From Alphaproteobacteria bacterium (GTDB taxonomy: Bacteria; Pseudomonadota; Alphaproteobacteria; GCA-2731375): a stretch of DNA of 64,000 bases. The stretch lies in the NCBI GenBank assembly GCA_046582635.1, contig JAYGEA010000056.1:957-64956 (forward strand). Direction: 5' to 3'. Below, one piece after another: positions 31,605-41,661 of this stretch. The notes under the pieces are model-generated. The model was not told where the DNA came from and did no database searches. It saw nothing but the letters and a program-made list of their open reading frames with translations. The translations under genes were made by a program, and so were the position numbers. Position 1 is the stretch's first letter. Every line of letters begins with the position of its first letter.

Positions 31605-31606
31605 GC

Positions 31607-32890
31607 ATGGCCGGGGGCAGGAATGGTCTGATCGCCGCCTTGGATATTGGCAGTACCAAGGTTTGTTGTTTTATCGCCCGCCCCGACGCCGGCAACGGAC
31701 ATGCGGGCGGGCGCGTCAGCGGCATGCGGGTGATCGGCATCGGTCACCAGATCGCCAAGGGCATGCGCGCCGGCACCGTTGTGGATATGGACGCGGCGGA
31801 GGAAGCCGTGCGCGGCGCCGTGGATCAGGCCGAACGCATGGCCAAGGAACGGGTCGAAACGGTACTGTTGAGTTTCTCGGGCGGGCGGCCGGTCTCGCGC
31901 CTGATTGACGTGGAATCGGATATCGCCGGACACGAGATCGGCGAACGTGACCTGAAGCGCGCCCTGGCCCAGGCCCATCTGCTGGCCCGGCGCAGCACCG
32001 AGGGGCGGGAGATCCTCAACGCCATTCCCGCCGGCTATACCATCGATGGCACGCCGGGATTTCGCGAACCGCGCGGCATGTTCGGGGCCCGGTTGGGCCT
32101 GCGCCTGCATGTGGTGTCGGCCGAGGTGGGTCCGTTGCGCAATGTGAAGCTGCTGGCGGAACGCTGCCATCTGGAAATATCCGCCCTGGTGGTCGCCCCC
32201 TACGCCTCCGGCCTGTCGACCCTGGTGGAGGACGAGATCGACCTGGGCGTCACCTTGATTGATATGGGCGGCGGCAGCACGGATGTGGCGGTGTTCTATG
32301 ACGGCCATATGATCCATACCGATCAGGTGCCCGTGGGCGGCAATCACGTGACCAACGATATTGCCCGCGGCCTGTCGACCTCCGCCGCCCATGCCGAACG
32401 CCTGAAAACCCTGCACGGCAGCGCCGTCGCCGGTCCCGACGACGAACACGCCATGGTCAGCGTGCCCCGGGTGGGCGAAAGCGGCGCGGACGCCGTGCAG
32501 CAGATCCCCCGCTCCATGCTGATCGGCATCATCCAGCCGCGGATCGAAGAAACCCTGGAATTGGTCCGTGACCGCCTGCAAGCCTCGGGCCTGGCGCGGA
32601 CCGCCGGCCGCCGCGCCGTGCTGACGGGGGGCGGTTCCCTGTTGACCGGCGTACGGGAACATGCCGCGCGCGTCCTGGACAAACAGGTCAGGGTGGGCCG
32701 CCCCCTGGGCCTGCACGGCCTGGCCGAGGCCACGGAAGGGCCGGCCTTTGCCGCCGCCGCCGGGCTGTTGGCTTATGCCGACCGGGCGCCCGGAGAGGAA
32801 CATTTGGCGGCCATGGCCGACGGCGGCCATGGCAACTGGGGCGACGGCCGCATTCACCGCCTGGGCCGCTGGTTCAAGGAGAACTTCTAG
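31607..32890 (+). CDS. ftsA: Cell division protein FtsA
   Basis: Actin-like ATPase motifs LDIGSTKV, DMGGGSTD. Confidence 0.9.
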   Translation: MAGGRNGLIAALDIGSTKVCCFIARPDAGNGHAGGRVSGMRVIGIGHQIAKGMRAGTVVDMDAAEEAVRGAVDQAERMAKERVETVLLSFSGGRPVSRLIDVESDIAGHEIGERDLKRALAQAHLLARRSTEGREILNAIPAGYTIDGTPGFREPRGMFGARLGLRLHVVSAEVGPLRNVKLLAERCHLEISALVVAPYASGLSTLVEDEIDLGVTLIDMGGGSTDVAVFYDGHMIHTDQVPVGGNHVTNDIARGLSTSAAHAERLKTLHGSAVAGPDDEHAMVSVPRVGESGADAVQQIPRSMLIGIIQPRIEETLELVRDRLQASGLARTAGRRAVLTGGGSLLTGVREHAARVLDKQVRVGRPLGLHGLAEATEGPAFAAAAGLLAYADRAPGEEHLAAMADGGHGNWGDGRIHRLGRWFKENF

Positions 32891-32943
32891 TCATGCCGAC
32901 AACAACATTTCGATCCACCCTAAAACGTCACATCACACTATTA

Positions 32944-33044
32944 CCGTCATTGCCGGGCTCGACCCGGCAATCCAGAGCGACGAACGCAAATGTTCGCGGC
33001 TCTGGATTCCCGGATCTTCGCTTCGCTACGTCCGGGAATGACGG
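32944..33044. repeat. Nested palindromic (cloverleaf-like) element in the ftsA–ftsZ spacer
   Basis: Outer arms CCGTCATT / AATGACGG enclose three internal hairpins. These are (GCCGGG, 5-nt loop, CCCGGC); (CCAGAGC...CGAAC, GCAAAT loop, GTTCG...GCTCTGG); and (CCCGGA, 16-nt loop, TCCGGG). Terminal 14-bp inverted repeats are CCGTCATTGCCGGG and CCGTCATTCCCGGA. Confidence 0.5.
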
Positions 33045-33143
33045 CGTTGGGTGCAGCCCGACCATTAATTCCAGTCCAACCATGCAGTGTTCATTGGCCA
33101 CCGGCGCCGGCCACCGGCATCAATAGGTAGAGGAGACCTAATC

Positions 33144-34850
33144 ATGACCATCAATCTCAATGCCCCGCAAATGACAGAGCTGAAACCCCGTATCGTGGTC
33201 ATCGGCGTCGGAGGGGCGGGCGGCAACGCCGTCAACAATATGATCTCCTCCGGCCTCGACGGGGTGGAGTTCATCGTCGCCAACACCGATGCCCAGGCCT
33301 TGGCGCAAAGCACGGCGGACCGGCGCATCCAACTGGGCGCCGGCATCACCCAGGGCCTGGGCTGCGGCGCCCGGCCCGATGTCGGCCGCGCGGCGGCGGA
33401 AGAGGCCATCGATCAGATCCTCGATCACATGGCCGGCACCCACATGGCCTTTATCACCGCCGGCATGGGCGGCGGCACGGGCACCGGCGGCGCGCCGGTC
33501 ATTGCCGAGGCCCTGCGCAACCAGGGCATCCTGACCGTCGGCGTGGTGACCAAACCGTTCCAGTTCGAGGGCGGTCAGCGATTGCTGTCGGCGGAGCGCG
33601 GCATCGAAGAGCTGCAATCCTTCGTCGATACCCTGATCGTCATCCCGAACCAGAATTTGTTCCGGATTGCGAATGAAAAAACCACCTTCGCCGATGCCTT
33701 TGCTATGGCCGACGACGTATTGCATTCCGGCGTCCGGGGCATCACCGATCTGATGGTGCTGCCGGGCCTGATCAATCTGGATTTCGCCGACGTGAAAACG
33801 GTGATGGCGGAAATGGGCAAGGCCATGATGGGCACCGGCGAGGCGGAGGGCGAGAAACGCGCGATCGAGGCGGCGGAAGCCGCGATTTCCAACCCGTTGC
33901 TGGACGATGTCTCCATGCAGGGCGCCCGGGGCGTTCTGATCAACATCACCGGCGGCATGGACCTGACCCTCTACGAAGTGGACGAAGCAGCCAACCGGGT
34001 GCGCCAGGAAGTCGATCCGAATGCCAATATCATTGTCGGCTCGGCCCTTGAGGATTCCCTGAACGGGCGCATGCGGGTATCCGTGGTGGCCACGGGGATC
34101 GAGTTGGAGGAAGGCGCCCAGCGGCCCCTGATTACAACGCCGCGCCTGGCCGCCGTGGCCGTCCGGCCCGCCGATCAGCCCATTGCCAACGAACCGGCAC
34201 CCATGACCGAAGAGCCGCCGATGGCGCCTATTCCCGACATTGTTGCCGAAGGCGCGATGGCGCCCGCGGTGGCACCCGCCGCCATGGCGGAAACGCCGGC
34301 GGCGCCGGAGGTTGAAGAGCCGCCCGCATTGCCCCTGTCGTTCGAGCAGCGTGTTCCGGCTCCGAAACCACCCCAGGCGGAACCCGACCCCCTGAGCCAT
34401 CAACCCAAACGGACGGCCGATATCAGCCTGGACGACGGGCCTTTCATGGCCCCACCGCCCAACCTGCCGGAGCGGGACCGCGCCCCCTTGCAGCAGCCCG
34501 ATGCCTTGGCGGAGGCCGAAGCCGGCAATCCCACGGATCGGCCGGTCAAGCGCAAACGGAGCGGTTTTTCGCTGTTCCGGAGGAAACAGGCGGCGCCGAC
34601 GGAGGCCGCGCCGGTTCAGCCAAGGCTCGAATCGCCCAGCCCCGAGCGGATGCGTCAGGCGATGCCGCCCCCCGCACGACCCGCCGCCCAGCCAGATGTC
34701 GTGCCGGCTGCACCGGAGGTGCCCGCCATCGCCCCCGAAATGGCGGCCCCCGAACTGCCCGCGCAAGACCCCGCACGTCCCCTCGCGCCGCCGCAAACGG
34801 AAGAGGATTTGCTTGAAATTCCGTCATTCCTGCGGCGTCAGGCCAACTAA
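33144..34850 (+). CDS. ftsZ: Cell division GTPase FtsZ (long P/A/E-rich C-terminal linker)
   Basis: AGGAGA ribosome-binding site. Tubulin signature GGGTGTG. Total 568 aa, with an extended linker after the conserved core (about residue 330). The ORF's upstream extension is rejected. Confidence 0.95.
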   Translation: MTINLNAPQMTELKPRIVVIGVGGAGGNAVNNMISSGLDGVEFIVANTDAQALAQSTADRRIQLGAGITQGLGCGARPDVGRAAAEEAIDQILDHMAGTHMAFITAGMGGGTGTGGAPVIAEALRNQGILTVGVVTKPFQFEGGQRLLSAERGIEELQSFVDTLIVIPNQNLFRIANEKTTFADAFAMADDVLHSGVRGITDLMVLPGLINLDFADVKTVMAEMGKAMMGTGEAEGEKRAIEAAEAAISNPLLDDVSMQGARGVLINITGGMDLTLYEVDEAANRVRQEVDPNANIIVGSALEDSLNGRMRVSVVATGIELEEGAQRPLITTPRLAAVAVRPADQPIANEPAPMTEEPPMAPIPDIVAEGAMAPAVAPAAMAETPAAPEVEEPPALPLSFEQRVPAPKPPQAEPDPLSHQPKRTADISLDDGPFMAPPPNLPERDRAPLQQPDALAEAEAGNPTDRPVKRKRSGFSLFRRKQAAPTEAAPVQPRLESPSPERMRQAMPPPARPAAQPDVVPAAPEVPAIAPEMAAPELPAQDPARPLAPPQTEEDLLEIPSFLRRQAN

Positions 34851-34888
34851 GGGACGAATACACGAAAGGTCGCGGTTTGTTGCGGTGT

Positions 34889-34921
34889 CAGTCCGGGCGT
34901 GAAAAAACCTTCATCGGACTG
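34889..34921 (+). terminator. Weak hairpin after ftsZ (CAGTCCG...CGGACTG), candidate attenuator/terminator
   Basis: 7-bp stem with a 19-nt A-rich loop, 40 nt after the ftsZ stop. No U-tract follows. Confidence 0.2.
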
Positions 34922-35133
34922 GCGCCGTAATGAAATGTAATAACCTTTGATTTGAGCATCTTGGGATCGGTTGCTAATAAAATAATACAAGGTGCTAATT
35001 TCGAAGGGCGATTCCGTTTTGCATTCTGTGTTTTGAAATCTGATTGCATGCAGCATTTGCCCGCCATGAAATAGGCGCCAGAGAGAAACCGGCAAGACAT
35101 TAAAGTTTGAGGCGGATTGAAGACGTGAACGCG

Positions 35134-36114
35134 ATGCAGCAACATACGCTGAAGAATGCCATTAATTGTTCCGGTGTCGGCCTGCATAGTGGCGCCAAAG
35201 TGACCATGTGTCTGCGACCGGCCGCCATTGGCAGTGGCATTGTCTTCCACCGCACGGATATCAACGCCGCCATTTCCACCGCCAATACGGATGATGCGGC
35301 AGTGGTTGATGGGGATATTCCCGCCCGCTGGGACGCTGTCAGCGACACGGTCATGTCGACGACGATACAAAATGACGCCGGGATAAAGGTCGCCACGGTG
35401 GAACATTTGATGGCCGCACTGGCCGGCTGCGGCGTCGACAACGTCCGGGTCGAACTGGACGGGCCGGAAGTTCCGGTGATGGATGGCTCTTCCGCGCCGT
35501 TTGTATTTCTGATCGAATGCGCCGGCCTGGCCCCGCAGCAGGCCCGACGCCGGGCCATCCGGGTGCTGCGCCGGGTGGAGATTGATGACGGTCACCGCCG
35601 GGCGGCCTTGCTGCCGTCGGATGGCTTTACCGTGTCCCTGGAGATCGAATTCGACAGTCCGGCGATAGCGCGGCAATCGGGCTTTTTTGATCTGCATAAC
35701 GGCGGCTTCAAGCGGGACATCTGCCGCGCCCGCACCTTTGGCTTTGAACATGATGTCAGCCGTCTGAAGGACCTTGGCCTGGGCCAGGGCGGATCCCTGG
35801 ATAATGTCGTGGTGGTTGGCCGCGATGACGAGATCATGAACGACGGCGGTTTGCGCTATGGCGACGAATTTGTTCGCCACAAGGTGCTGGACTGCGTCGG
35901 CGATTTCTATCTGGCCGGCGCTCCCTTGCTGGCCCATTTTGCCGGCCAGCGCACCGGCCACGCCAGCAACAACGCGCTGTTGCGCAAATTGTTCGCCGAC
36001 CCGGCAAATTGGGAATATTGCTATGATCAGGCAAAACCCTCCGATGGCCTGATCGACGTCTGGGACGAGTCTTTGACGGCCGTGCCAAATTCCATCGTTG
36101 CCCAGACAGCCTAA
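35134..36114 (+). CDS. lpxC: UDP-3-O-acyl-N-acetylglucosamine deacetylase LpxC
   Basis: N-terminus [30 protein letters not shown] aligns with E. coli LpxC. Confidence 0.9.
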   Translation: MQQHTLKNAINCSGVGLHSGAKVTMCLRPAAIGSGIVFHRTDINAAISTANTDDAAVVDGDIPARWDAVSDTVMSTTIQNDAGIKVATVEHLMAALAGCGVDNVRVELDGPEVPVMDGSSAPFVFLIECAGLAPQQARRRAIRVLRRVEIDDGHRRAALLPSDGFTVSLEIEFDSPAIARQSGFFDLHNGGFKRDICRARTFGFEHDVSRLKDLGLGQGGSLDNVVVVGRDDEIMNDGGLRYGDEFVRHKVLDCVGDFYLAGAPLLAHFAGQRTGHASNNALLRKLFADPANWEYCYDQAKPSDGLIDVWDESLTAVPNSIVAQTA

Positions 36115-36126
36115 CTGCCTGCAATC

Positions 36127-36678
36127 ATGCCCCTTAGCGATCCGGCGCCCCGCGCCCTCCAACATATTCGTCGTCTCGAACTCAAAGCCTATGAGCGTCA
36201 GGACGGCCTGTGGGATATTGAGGGCCATATCATTGACTATAAAACCGAAGACTACGACATGCTGGACAGCAAGCGCACCGCCGCCCAACCCATGCATGAT
36301 ATGTGGCTGCGCCTGACCATCGATACGGAGCTGGTGGTGCGGGCGGCGGAGGCGGTGATGGACGCGGGCGCCCATACGCCGTGCGAACTGGTGACGCCGA
36401 ACTATGACCGACTGGTTGGCCTGAAGATGGGACCGGGATGGAACCGCGCCGTGCGCGAGCGCCTCGGCGGTGTCATGGGCTGCACCCATTTGAACGAAAT
36501 GCTGGCGCAAATGGCCACCACGGCCATGCAATCCCTGTTCGAGGCCATGGGCAGTGTGGCCGACCGACCCGGCGGCGGACGGTATCTGAGCCCCGGTCTG
36601 CATAATTCCTGCCACGCCTATGCCTTGAACAGCCCCTACATCCGCGATTACTTTCCGGACTATTACAAGGCTGATTAA
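36127..36678 (+). CDS. Conserved hypothetical protein (possibly DUF2889 family)
   Basis: 183-aa ORF starting 12 nt after the lpxC stop, so likely co-transcribed. The family call is tentative. Confidence 0.4.
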   Translation: MPLSDPAPRALQHIRRLELKAYERQDGLWDIEGHIIDYKTEDYDMLDSKRTAAQPMHDMWLRLTIDTELVVRAAEAVMDAGAHTPCELVTPNYDRLVGLKMGPGWNRAVRERLGGVMGCTHLNEMLAQMATTAMQSLFEAMGSVADRPGGGRYLSPGLHNSCHAYALNSPYIRDYFPDYYKAD

Positions 36679-36729
36679 CAGTCTTCCCAGCCAAGGCATG
36701 GGGCTGATCGACAATTTCAGTGTTATTCT

Positions 36730-37500
36730 TTAGCTGCGCAATTCACTCGATTTAACGGCATACGCCAGGTAATTGACGCCGGAATCGCGGCTGAGGCGCC
36801 ATTCGCCTTGGCGGGGCAGATATTTCATGCCCGTGATATCGCGCAGATCAGCCCCGGCGTGGCGCAGGTGGCGGCCCAGTTCGGCGGGTTTTTGAAAGCG
36901 CTGCCAATCGTGGGTGCCCACCGGCACCCAGCGCAGCACATGTTCGGCCGCCAGAATGGCCTGCAGATAGGCTTTCGGCGTGCGGTTCATGGTCGCCAAC
37001 AGCAGCGCGCCCCCTGGCCGGGTCAGGCCGACCAGGGCGGCGATGAAACCCGGCACATCGGCCACATGTTCGATGACCTCCATGCTGACCACCACGTCGA
37101 ATTGCGCGCCGGTGGCGGCCAGGTCCTCCGCCGCGACTGCCCGGTAATCCACCTCCAGCCCCTGGCCCATGGCATGGGCCTTGGCGGCGGTGATGGTTTC
37201 CGCGCCCGCGTCAATGGCGGTGACGGCGGCGCCCAGGCGGGCAAATGGTTCCGAAAGCAGCCCGGCCCCGCAACCCACGTCCAACAGGGTCAGGCCGTCC
37301 AGGGGCCGAAATCCGGTATCATCGAGATCAAAATGAGCGCAGAGCCGCTGCCGGCTGTAGCGCAGACGGGTCGGGTTCAGGCGGTGCAGGGGGGCCATGG
37401 GGCCGTCCGCGTCCCACCAATCATCCGCCATGCGGGCAAATCGGTCAATTTCGTCGAGGTCTATGGAGGCCGCCCGCGCCATGTCATTTCTTTCCGCCAT
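36730..37500 (-). CDS. ubiG: Bifunctional 3-demethylubiquinol 3-O-methyltransferase / 2-polyprenyl-6-hydroxyphenol methylase UbiG
   Basis: SAM-binding motif LDVGCGAGLL. The UbiG-like start MAERND...WWD is at 37500; the ORF's extension to 37629 is rejected. Confidence 0.85.
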   Translation of the reverse strand: MAERNDMARAASIDLDEIDRFARMADDWWDADGPMAPLHRLNPTRLRYSRQRLCAHFDLDDTGFRPLDGLTLLDVGCGAGLLSEPFARLGAAVTAIDAGAETITAAKAHAMGQGLEVDYRAVAAEDLAATGAQFDVVVSMEVIEHVADVPGFIAALVGLTRPGGALLLATMNRTPKAYLQAILAAEHVLRWVPVGTHDWQRFQKPAELGRHLRHAGADLRDITGMKYLPRQGEWRLSRDSGVNYLAYAVKSSELRS

Positions 37501-37556
37501 GAGATTGAGATCATAGCATATATTCCCCATATGGTAGGTTGGCATAATGCGAGGAC

Positions 37557-37847
37557 ATGAACATGGCGCCTGAGAATGAAGCCTTGATCCTAGATCTGGT
37601 GGAGTGGATCGCCCGAAAACCGAGGCCATATCATGATGTTATGGAGGCCTGGCGCACGTCATGCCCCCGGCTGCCCATATGGGAGGAGGCGGTGGCGCAA
37701 AAGCTCGTGGTACGGGAAAGCGGCGGCGCGGCCGGCGCCATGGTGCGGGTGACCCCAACCGGACGCGCCATGCTGTCGGATGCCGGGCGCGTGGCTGCCC
37801 CCCAGACGCAAGATCAGACGCAAGATCAGATGCGGGATCACTTGTAA
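37557..37847 (+). CDS. Small hypothetical protein (96 aa)
   Basis: Between divergent ubiG and lysC. Ends in a QTQDQTQDQ tail encoded by a CAGACGCAAGAT tandem duplication. No family recognised. Confidence 0.3.
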   Translation: MNMAPENEALILDLVEWIARKPRPYHDVMEAWRTSCPRLPIWEEAVAQKLVVRESGGAAGAMVRVTPTGRAMLSDAGRVAAPQTQDQTQDQMRDHL

Positions 37848-37940
37848 GCCTTCCATCCTTTGAGTATGTATAGCCGCCCTATCGGCGGCTTTGGCCCCGG
37901 GAGCGGGTTGAAAAGGCGGTTTTGGACGCCGGGTGAGGAA

Positions 37941-39161
37941 ATGGCACGAATAGTCATGAAATTCGGCGGCACGTCCGTGGCCGATGTGGAGCGTTTGCGC
38001 TATGTCGCCGACCGTGTTGCCGCTACGGTTAATGGGGGCAATGAAGTCGCGGTGGTGTTGTCCGCCATGGCCGGCACAACCAATATGCTGATCGACCTGA
38101 CCCGCGAGATGTGCGCCCTGCATGATGCCCGGGAATACGATTCCGTGGTCTCCACCGGCGAGCAGATCACCATCGGGCTGTTGGCCATGGCCTTGCAGGA
38201 ACGCGGTATCCAGGCCCGCTCCTGGATGGGCTGGCAACTTCCCATCCGCACCGATGGGGTGCATGGCAGCGCCCGCATTGAAAATATCGACGGGGCCGAG
38301 ATTGCCCGGCGCATGGGCGAAGGCGAGGTCGCGGTGGTGGCGGGTTTTCAAGGGCTCTCGCCCAACAGCCGGGTGACCACGCTGGGGCGGGGCGGCTCGG
38401 ACATCACGGCGGTGGCCCTGGCGGCGGCGTTGGGCGCGGACCGCTGCGACATTCACACGGACGTGGATGGTGTATTTACCGCCGATCCGCGCATCGTGAC
38501 GGCGGCGCGGAAGCTTGATAGAATTACCTACGAGGAAATGTTGGAAATGGCGTCCCAGGGCGCCAAGGTGCTGCAAACCCGGTCAGTCGAATTGGCCATG
38601 AACCATCGGGTACGGGTGCAGGTGCTTTCCAGCTTTCATGATGCCCCCGGTACTTTAGTTGTTGATGAGGACGAGATCGTGGAACAAGCGGTGGTCAGCG
38701 GTATTACCTATGCATCCGACGAGGCCAAGGTGACCCTTTTAAATGTCTCCGACCGGCCCGGCGTGGCGGCAGCCATCTTTGGGCCCCTGGCGGATGCCAA
38801 TGTGAACGTAGATATGATCGTCCAGAGCGCCTCGCCCGACGGCACCTCCACGGACATGACATTCACTGTCGGGCGGGCCGAGCTGCCCCGTGTCGAAGCC
38901 ATTTTGGCGGAGCACCGTGATGCCATTGGCTTCAAGAAAATCATTACCGACGGTGAAATCGTCAAGGTTTCGGTGATCGGCGTCGGCATGCGGTCCCATG
39001 CCGGCGTGGCCCAACGCATGTTCGCCGCCCTGTCCGAGAAGCAAATCAACATTCACGCCATATCCACGTCCGAGATCAAGATTTCCGTGCTGATCGGCGC
39101 CGAATATACCGAACTGGCCGTGCGCAGCCTGCATTCCGCCTATGGATTGGATGCCGCTTGA
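37941..39161 (+). CDS. lysC: Aspartate kinase
   Basis: N-terminus MARIVMKFGGTSV and the C-terminal ACT domain pair. GGTGAGGAA ribosome-binding site. Confidence 0.9.
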   Translation: MARIVMKFGGTSVADVERLRYVADRVAATVNGGNEVAVVLSAMAGTTNMLIDLTREMCALHDAREYDSVVSTGEQITIGLLAMALQERGIQARSWMGWQLPIRTDGVHGSARIENIDGAEIARRMGEGEVAVVAGFQGLSPNSRVTTLGRGGSDITAVALAAALGADRCDIHTDVDGVFTADPRIVTAARKLDRITYEEMLEMASQGAKVLQTRSVELAMNHRVRVQVLSSFHDAPGTLVVDEDEIVEQAVVSGITYASDEAKVTLLNVSDRPGVAAAIFGPLADANVNVDMIVQSASPDGTSTDMTFTVGRAELPRVEAILAEHRDAIGFKKIITDGEIVKVSVIGVGMRSHAGVAQRMFAALSEKQINIHAISTSEIKISVLIGAEYTELAVRSLHSAYGLDAA

Positions 39162-39224
39162 AGAACCCGGTGTACATATTTCACGCCGATGGCACGGGTA
39201 GGTCGCTCTCATGAGCGCGCCATC

Positions 39225-41489
39225 ATGAGCGCGGCTGCGGCACCATCGGGTCCCCGTATCCTGCTGCGCCGCCTGCGCGAGGTCATGGCGGGCGAAGGTT
39301 CGGCCCAGGCCCGCATGGACCAACTGGTCATGACAATCGCCGCCAATATGGTGGCCGAGGTTTGTTCCATCTATCTGCTGCGCGATGGGCTGTTGGAGCT
39401 GTTCGCGACCGAGGGCCTGAAACCTTCCGCCGTGCATAAGACCACCCTGCGCGTTGGCGAGGGCCTGGTCGGGCAGATCGCGCAACTGGCCAGACCCATG
39501 GCGTTGTCCGAGGCACGCTCCCACCCAAGCTTTGCCGCCCGCCCGGAAACCGGCGAGGAGGATTACCATTCCCTGATGGGGGTGCCCGTGCTGCGCGGCG
39601 GACGGGTGGTGGGCGTCCTTGTACTGCAGAACCGTATCAACCGAGATTATTCCGCCGATGAAATCGAGGCCATGCAGACCATCGCCATGGTTTTGGCGGA
39701 AATGGTCGGCGGTGCCTTGCAGGAAGAAATGCCGGGCGTCGGCACCTTTGGCACCGACGGATTGCCGCGGCGCATGGCCGGGCTGTCCCTGAACGAGGGC
39801 CTGGCCCGCGGCGTCGCCGTGCTGCACGCGCCGCGGATCGTGGTGGAACGCCATGTCGCTGATGATGTGGACGTTGAAGCGAGACGCCTGACCACCGCCT
39901 TGAACGATCTGCGGGTCCAAGTTGATAGCATGTTGCAAGCCGCCATAGCGGAGCCGGGCGGTGAATCCCGCGATATTCTCGAAGCCTACCGCATGTTCGC
40001 CCATGACAAGGGCTGGATGGCCCGCCTGCATGATGCCGTTCAAGGCGGCTTCACGGCCGAGGCGGCGGTGGAGCGGGTGCAGGTGGAGAACAGGGCCCGC
40101 ATGTCGGAAATCTCCGATGCCTATCTGCGCGAACGGCTGCATGATCTGGAGGATCTATCCAACCGCCTGATGCGTCATCTGACCCATGGCGGACAAATGC
40201 CCGAACACGACGTGCCGGAGCAGGCGGTGGTGGTCGCCTGGAATATGGGTCCGGCCGAGTTGCTGGACTATGACGTGGACCGCGTCAAGGCGCTGGTGCT
40301 GGAAGAAGGCTCCCCCACTTCGCATGTGGCCATCGTCGCCCGCGCCTTGCAGATACCGGTGGTCGGACGCCTTGATGGTCTTTTGGACAATGTGGAAAGC
40401 GGCGATGATTTGGTGGTCGATGGGGACAACGCCCAGCTGTTCGTGCGCCCGGCGGCGGACGCCCTGGCAGCCTTTTCCGCCAATCTGGAGATGCACCAGG
40501 CCAAGGCCGCGCAATATGCCGCCCTGCGCGACCAGCCCGCGGTCAGCAAGGATGGCACCCGCATTCAGCTTAACCTCAATGCCGGCTTGCTGGCCGACCT
40601 GCCCCATTTGGAAGGCACCGGCGCCGACGGCATCGGGCTGTACCGCACCGAGCTGCATTTCATGGTCCGGGCGACCTTGCCCACGGTGTCCATGCAGACG
40701 GATTTTTATGGCCGGGTGCTGGACCAGGCCGGCGACCGGCCAGTGGTTTTCCGCACTCTGGATGTGGGTGGCGACAAGATGCTGCCCTATCTGGCCCGCC
40801 ATGACGACGAGCGCAACCCGGCCATGGGTTGGCGGGCGATCCGGCTTTCCCTGGACCGGCCCGTTCTGTTGCGCATGCAAATCCGCGCGCTGTTGAAGGC
40901 GGCGGCCAGCCGGCCGCTTTCGGTCATGTTTCCCATGATCGCCGAAGTGTCTGAATTCAAGGCGGCGCGAAAATTGCTGGATCGCGAAGTAGAACGTCAG
41001 ACGCGCATGGGCGAAAAAACCCCTTCCACCTTGCGTGTGGGCACCATGCTGGAAGTGCCCAGCCTGGCCTGGCAACTGCCCGCCCTGTTGCCCCTGGTTG
41101 ATTTCGTATCCATCGGCAGCAATGATTTGATGCAATTTCTGTTTGCGGCCGATCGCGGCAATCCCCGTTTGGCGAACCGCTATGATGAACTAAGCCCCTC
41201 TGCCCTGTCCTTGGTGCGCGATATTGTGCGGCGTTGTGATGCGGCCAATGTACCCGTCAGCCTGTGCGGCGAGGCGGCGGGACGGCCCGTCGATGCCATG
41301 GCCCTGCTTGGCCTTGGCCTACGCAGTATTTCCATGGGCGCGGCCTCTATCGGGGCGGTGAAGATGATGGTGCGCAGCCTGGACCTGCCATCTTTACAGA
41401 CGTTTATGGAGGACTTTTATGATTCTCCTGAACATAGTTTGCGCAACGCCTTGAAGCAATATGCCGAAGATCACAACGTTGCCATATAA
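39225..41489 (+). CDS. ptsP: Phosphoenolpyruvate--protein phosphotransferase PtsP (EI-Ntr, N-terminal GAF domain)
   Basis: GAF domain followed by PEP-utilising enzyme domains. An alternative ATG lies at 39189. Confidence 0.85.
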   Translation: MSAAAAPSGPRILLRRLREVMAGEGSAQARMDQLVMTIAANMVAEVCSIYLLRDGLLELFATEGLKPSAVHKTTLRVGEGLVGQIAQLARPMALSEARSHPSFAARPETGEEDYHSLMGVPVLRGGRVVGVLVLQNRINRDYSADEIEAMQTIAMVLAEMVGGALQEEMPGVGTFGTDGLPRRMAGLSLNEGLARGVAVLHAPRIVVERHVADDVDVEARRLTTALNDLRVQVDSMLQAAIAEPGGESRDILEAYRMFAHDKGWMARLHDAVQGGFTAEAAVERVQVENRARMSEISDAYLRERLHDLEDLSNRLMRHLTHGGQMPEHDVPEQAVVVAWNMGPAELLDYDVDRVKALVLEEGSPTSHVAIVARALQIPVVGRLDGLLDNVESGDDLVVDGDNAQLFVRPAADALAAFSANLEMHQAKAAQYAALRDQPAVSKDGTRIQLNLNAGLLADLPHLEGTGADGIGLYRTELHFMVRATLPTVSMQTDFYGRVLDQAGDRPVVFRTLDVGGDKMLPYLARHDDERNPAMGWRAIRLSLDRPVLLRMQIRALLKAAASRPLSVMFPMIAEVSEFKAARKLLDREVERQTRMGEKTPSTLRVGTMLEVPSLAWQLPALLPLVDFVSIGSNDLMQFLFAADRGNPRLANRYDELSPSALSLVRDIVRRCDAANVPVSLCGEAAGRPVDAMALLGLGLRSISMGAASIGAVKMMVRSLDLPSLQTFMEDFYDSPEHSLRNALKQYAEDHNVAI

Positions 41490-41661
41490 ACTATTGCATT
41501 TGCTGAATTATTCTTGATCTGCTACAAGCATTTCCTAAGTTATCCACAATTGACTGCCGTACCGGTGATTGGTAGCGGGACGATTTGTATTATCGCGTGA
41601 TAATTTTAGCGTTCAGGGCATTGATCGCCGGCCGGCGAGGGCTAGTCTGGAATAAGTTGCC

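Noticed and set aside
32893-33126. 77-aa ORF in the ftsA–ftsZ spacer
   Set aside because: Low-complexity translation that coincides with the nested palindromic element. More likely non-coding structure than protein.
34888-36714. 608-aa ORF on the minus strand spanning lpxC and the downstream gene
   Set aside because: Antisense to two well-supported genes. Long open antisense frames are expected at about 64% GC. The translation is low-complexity (R/A/G-rich) with no domain resemblance.
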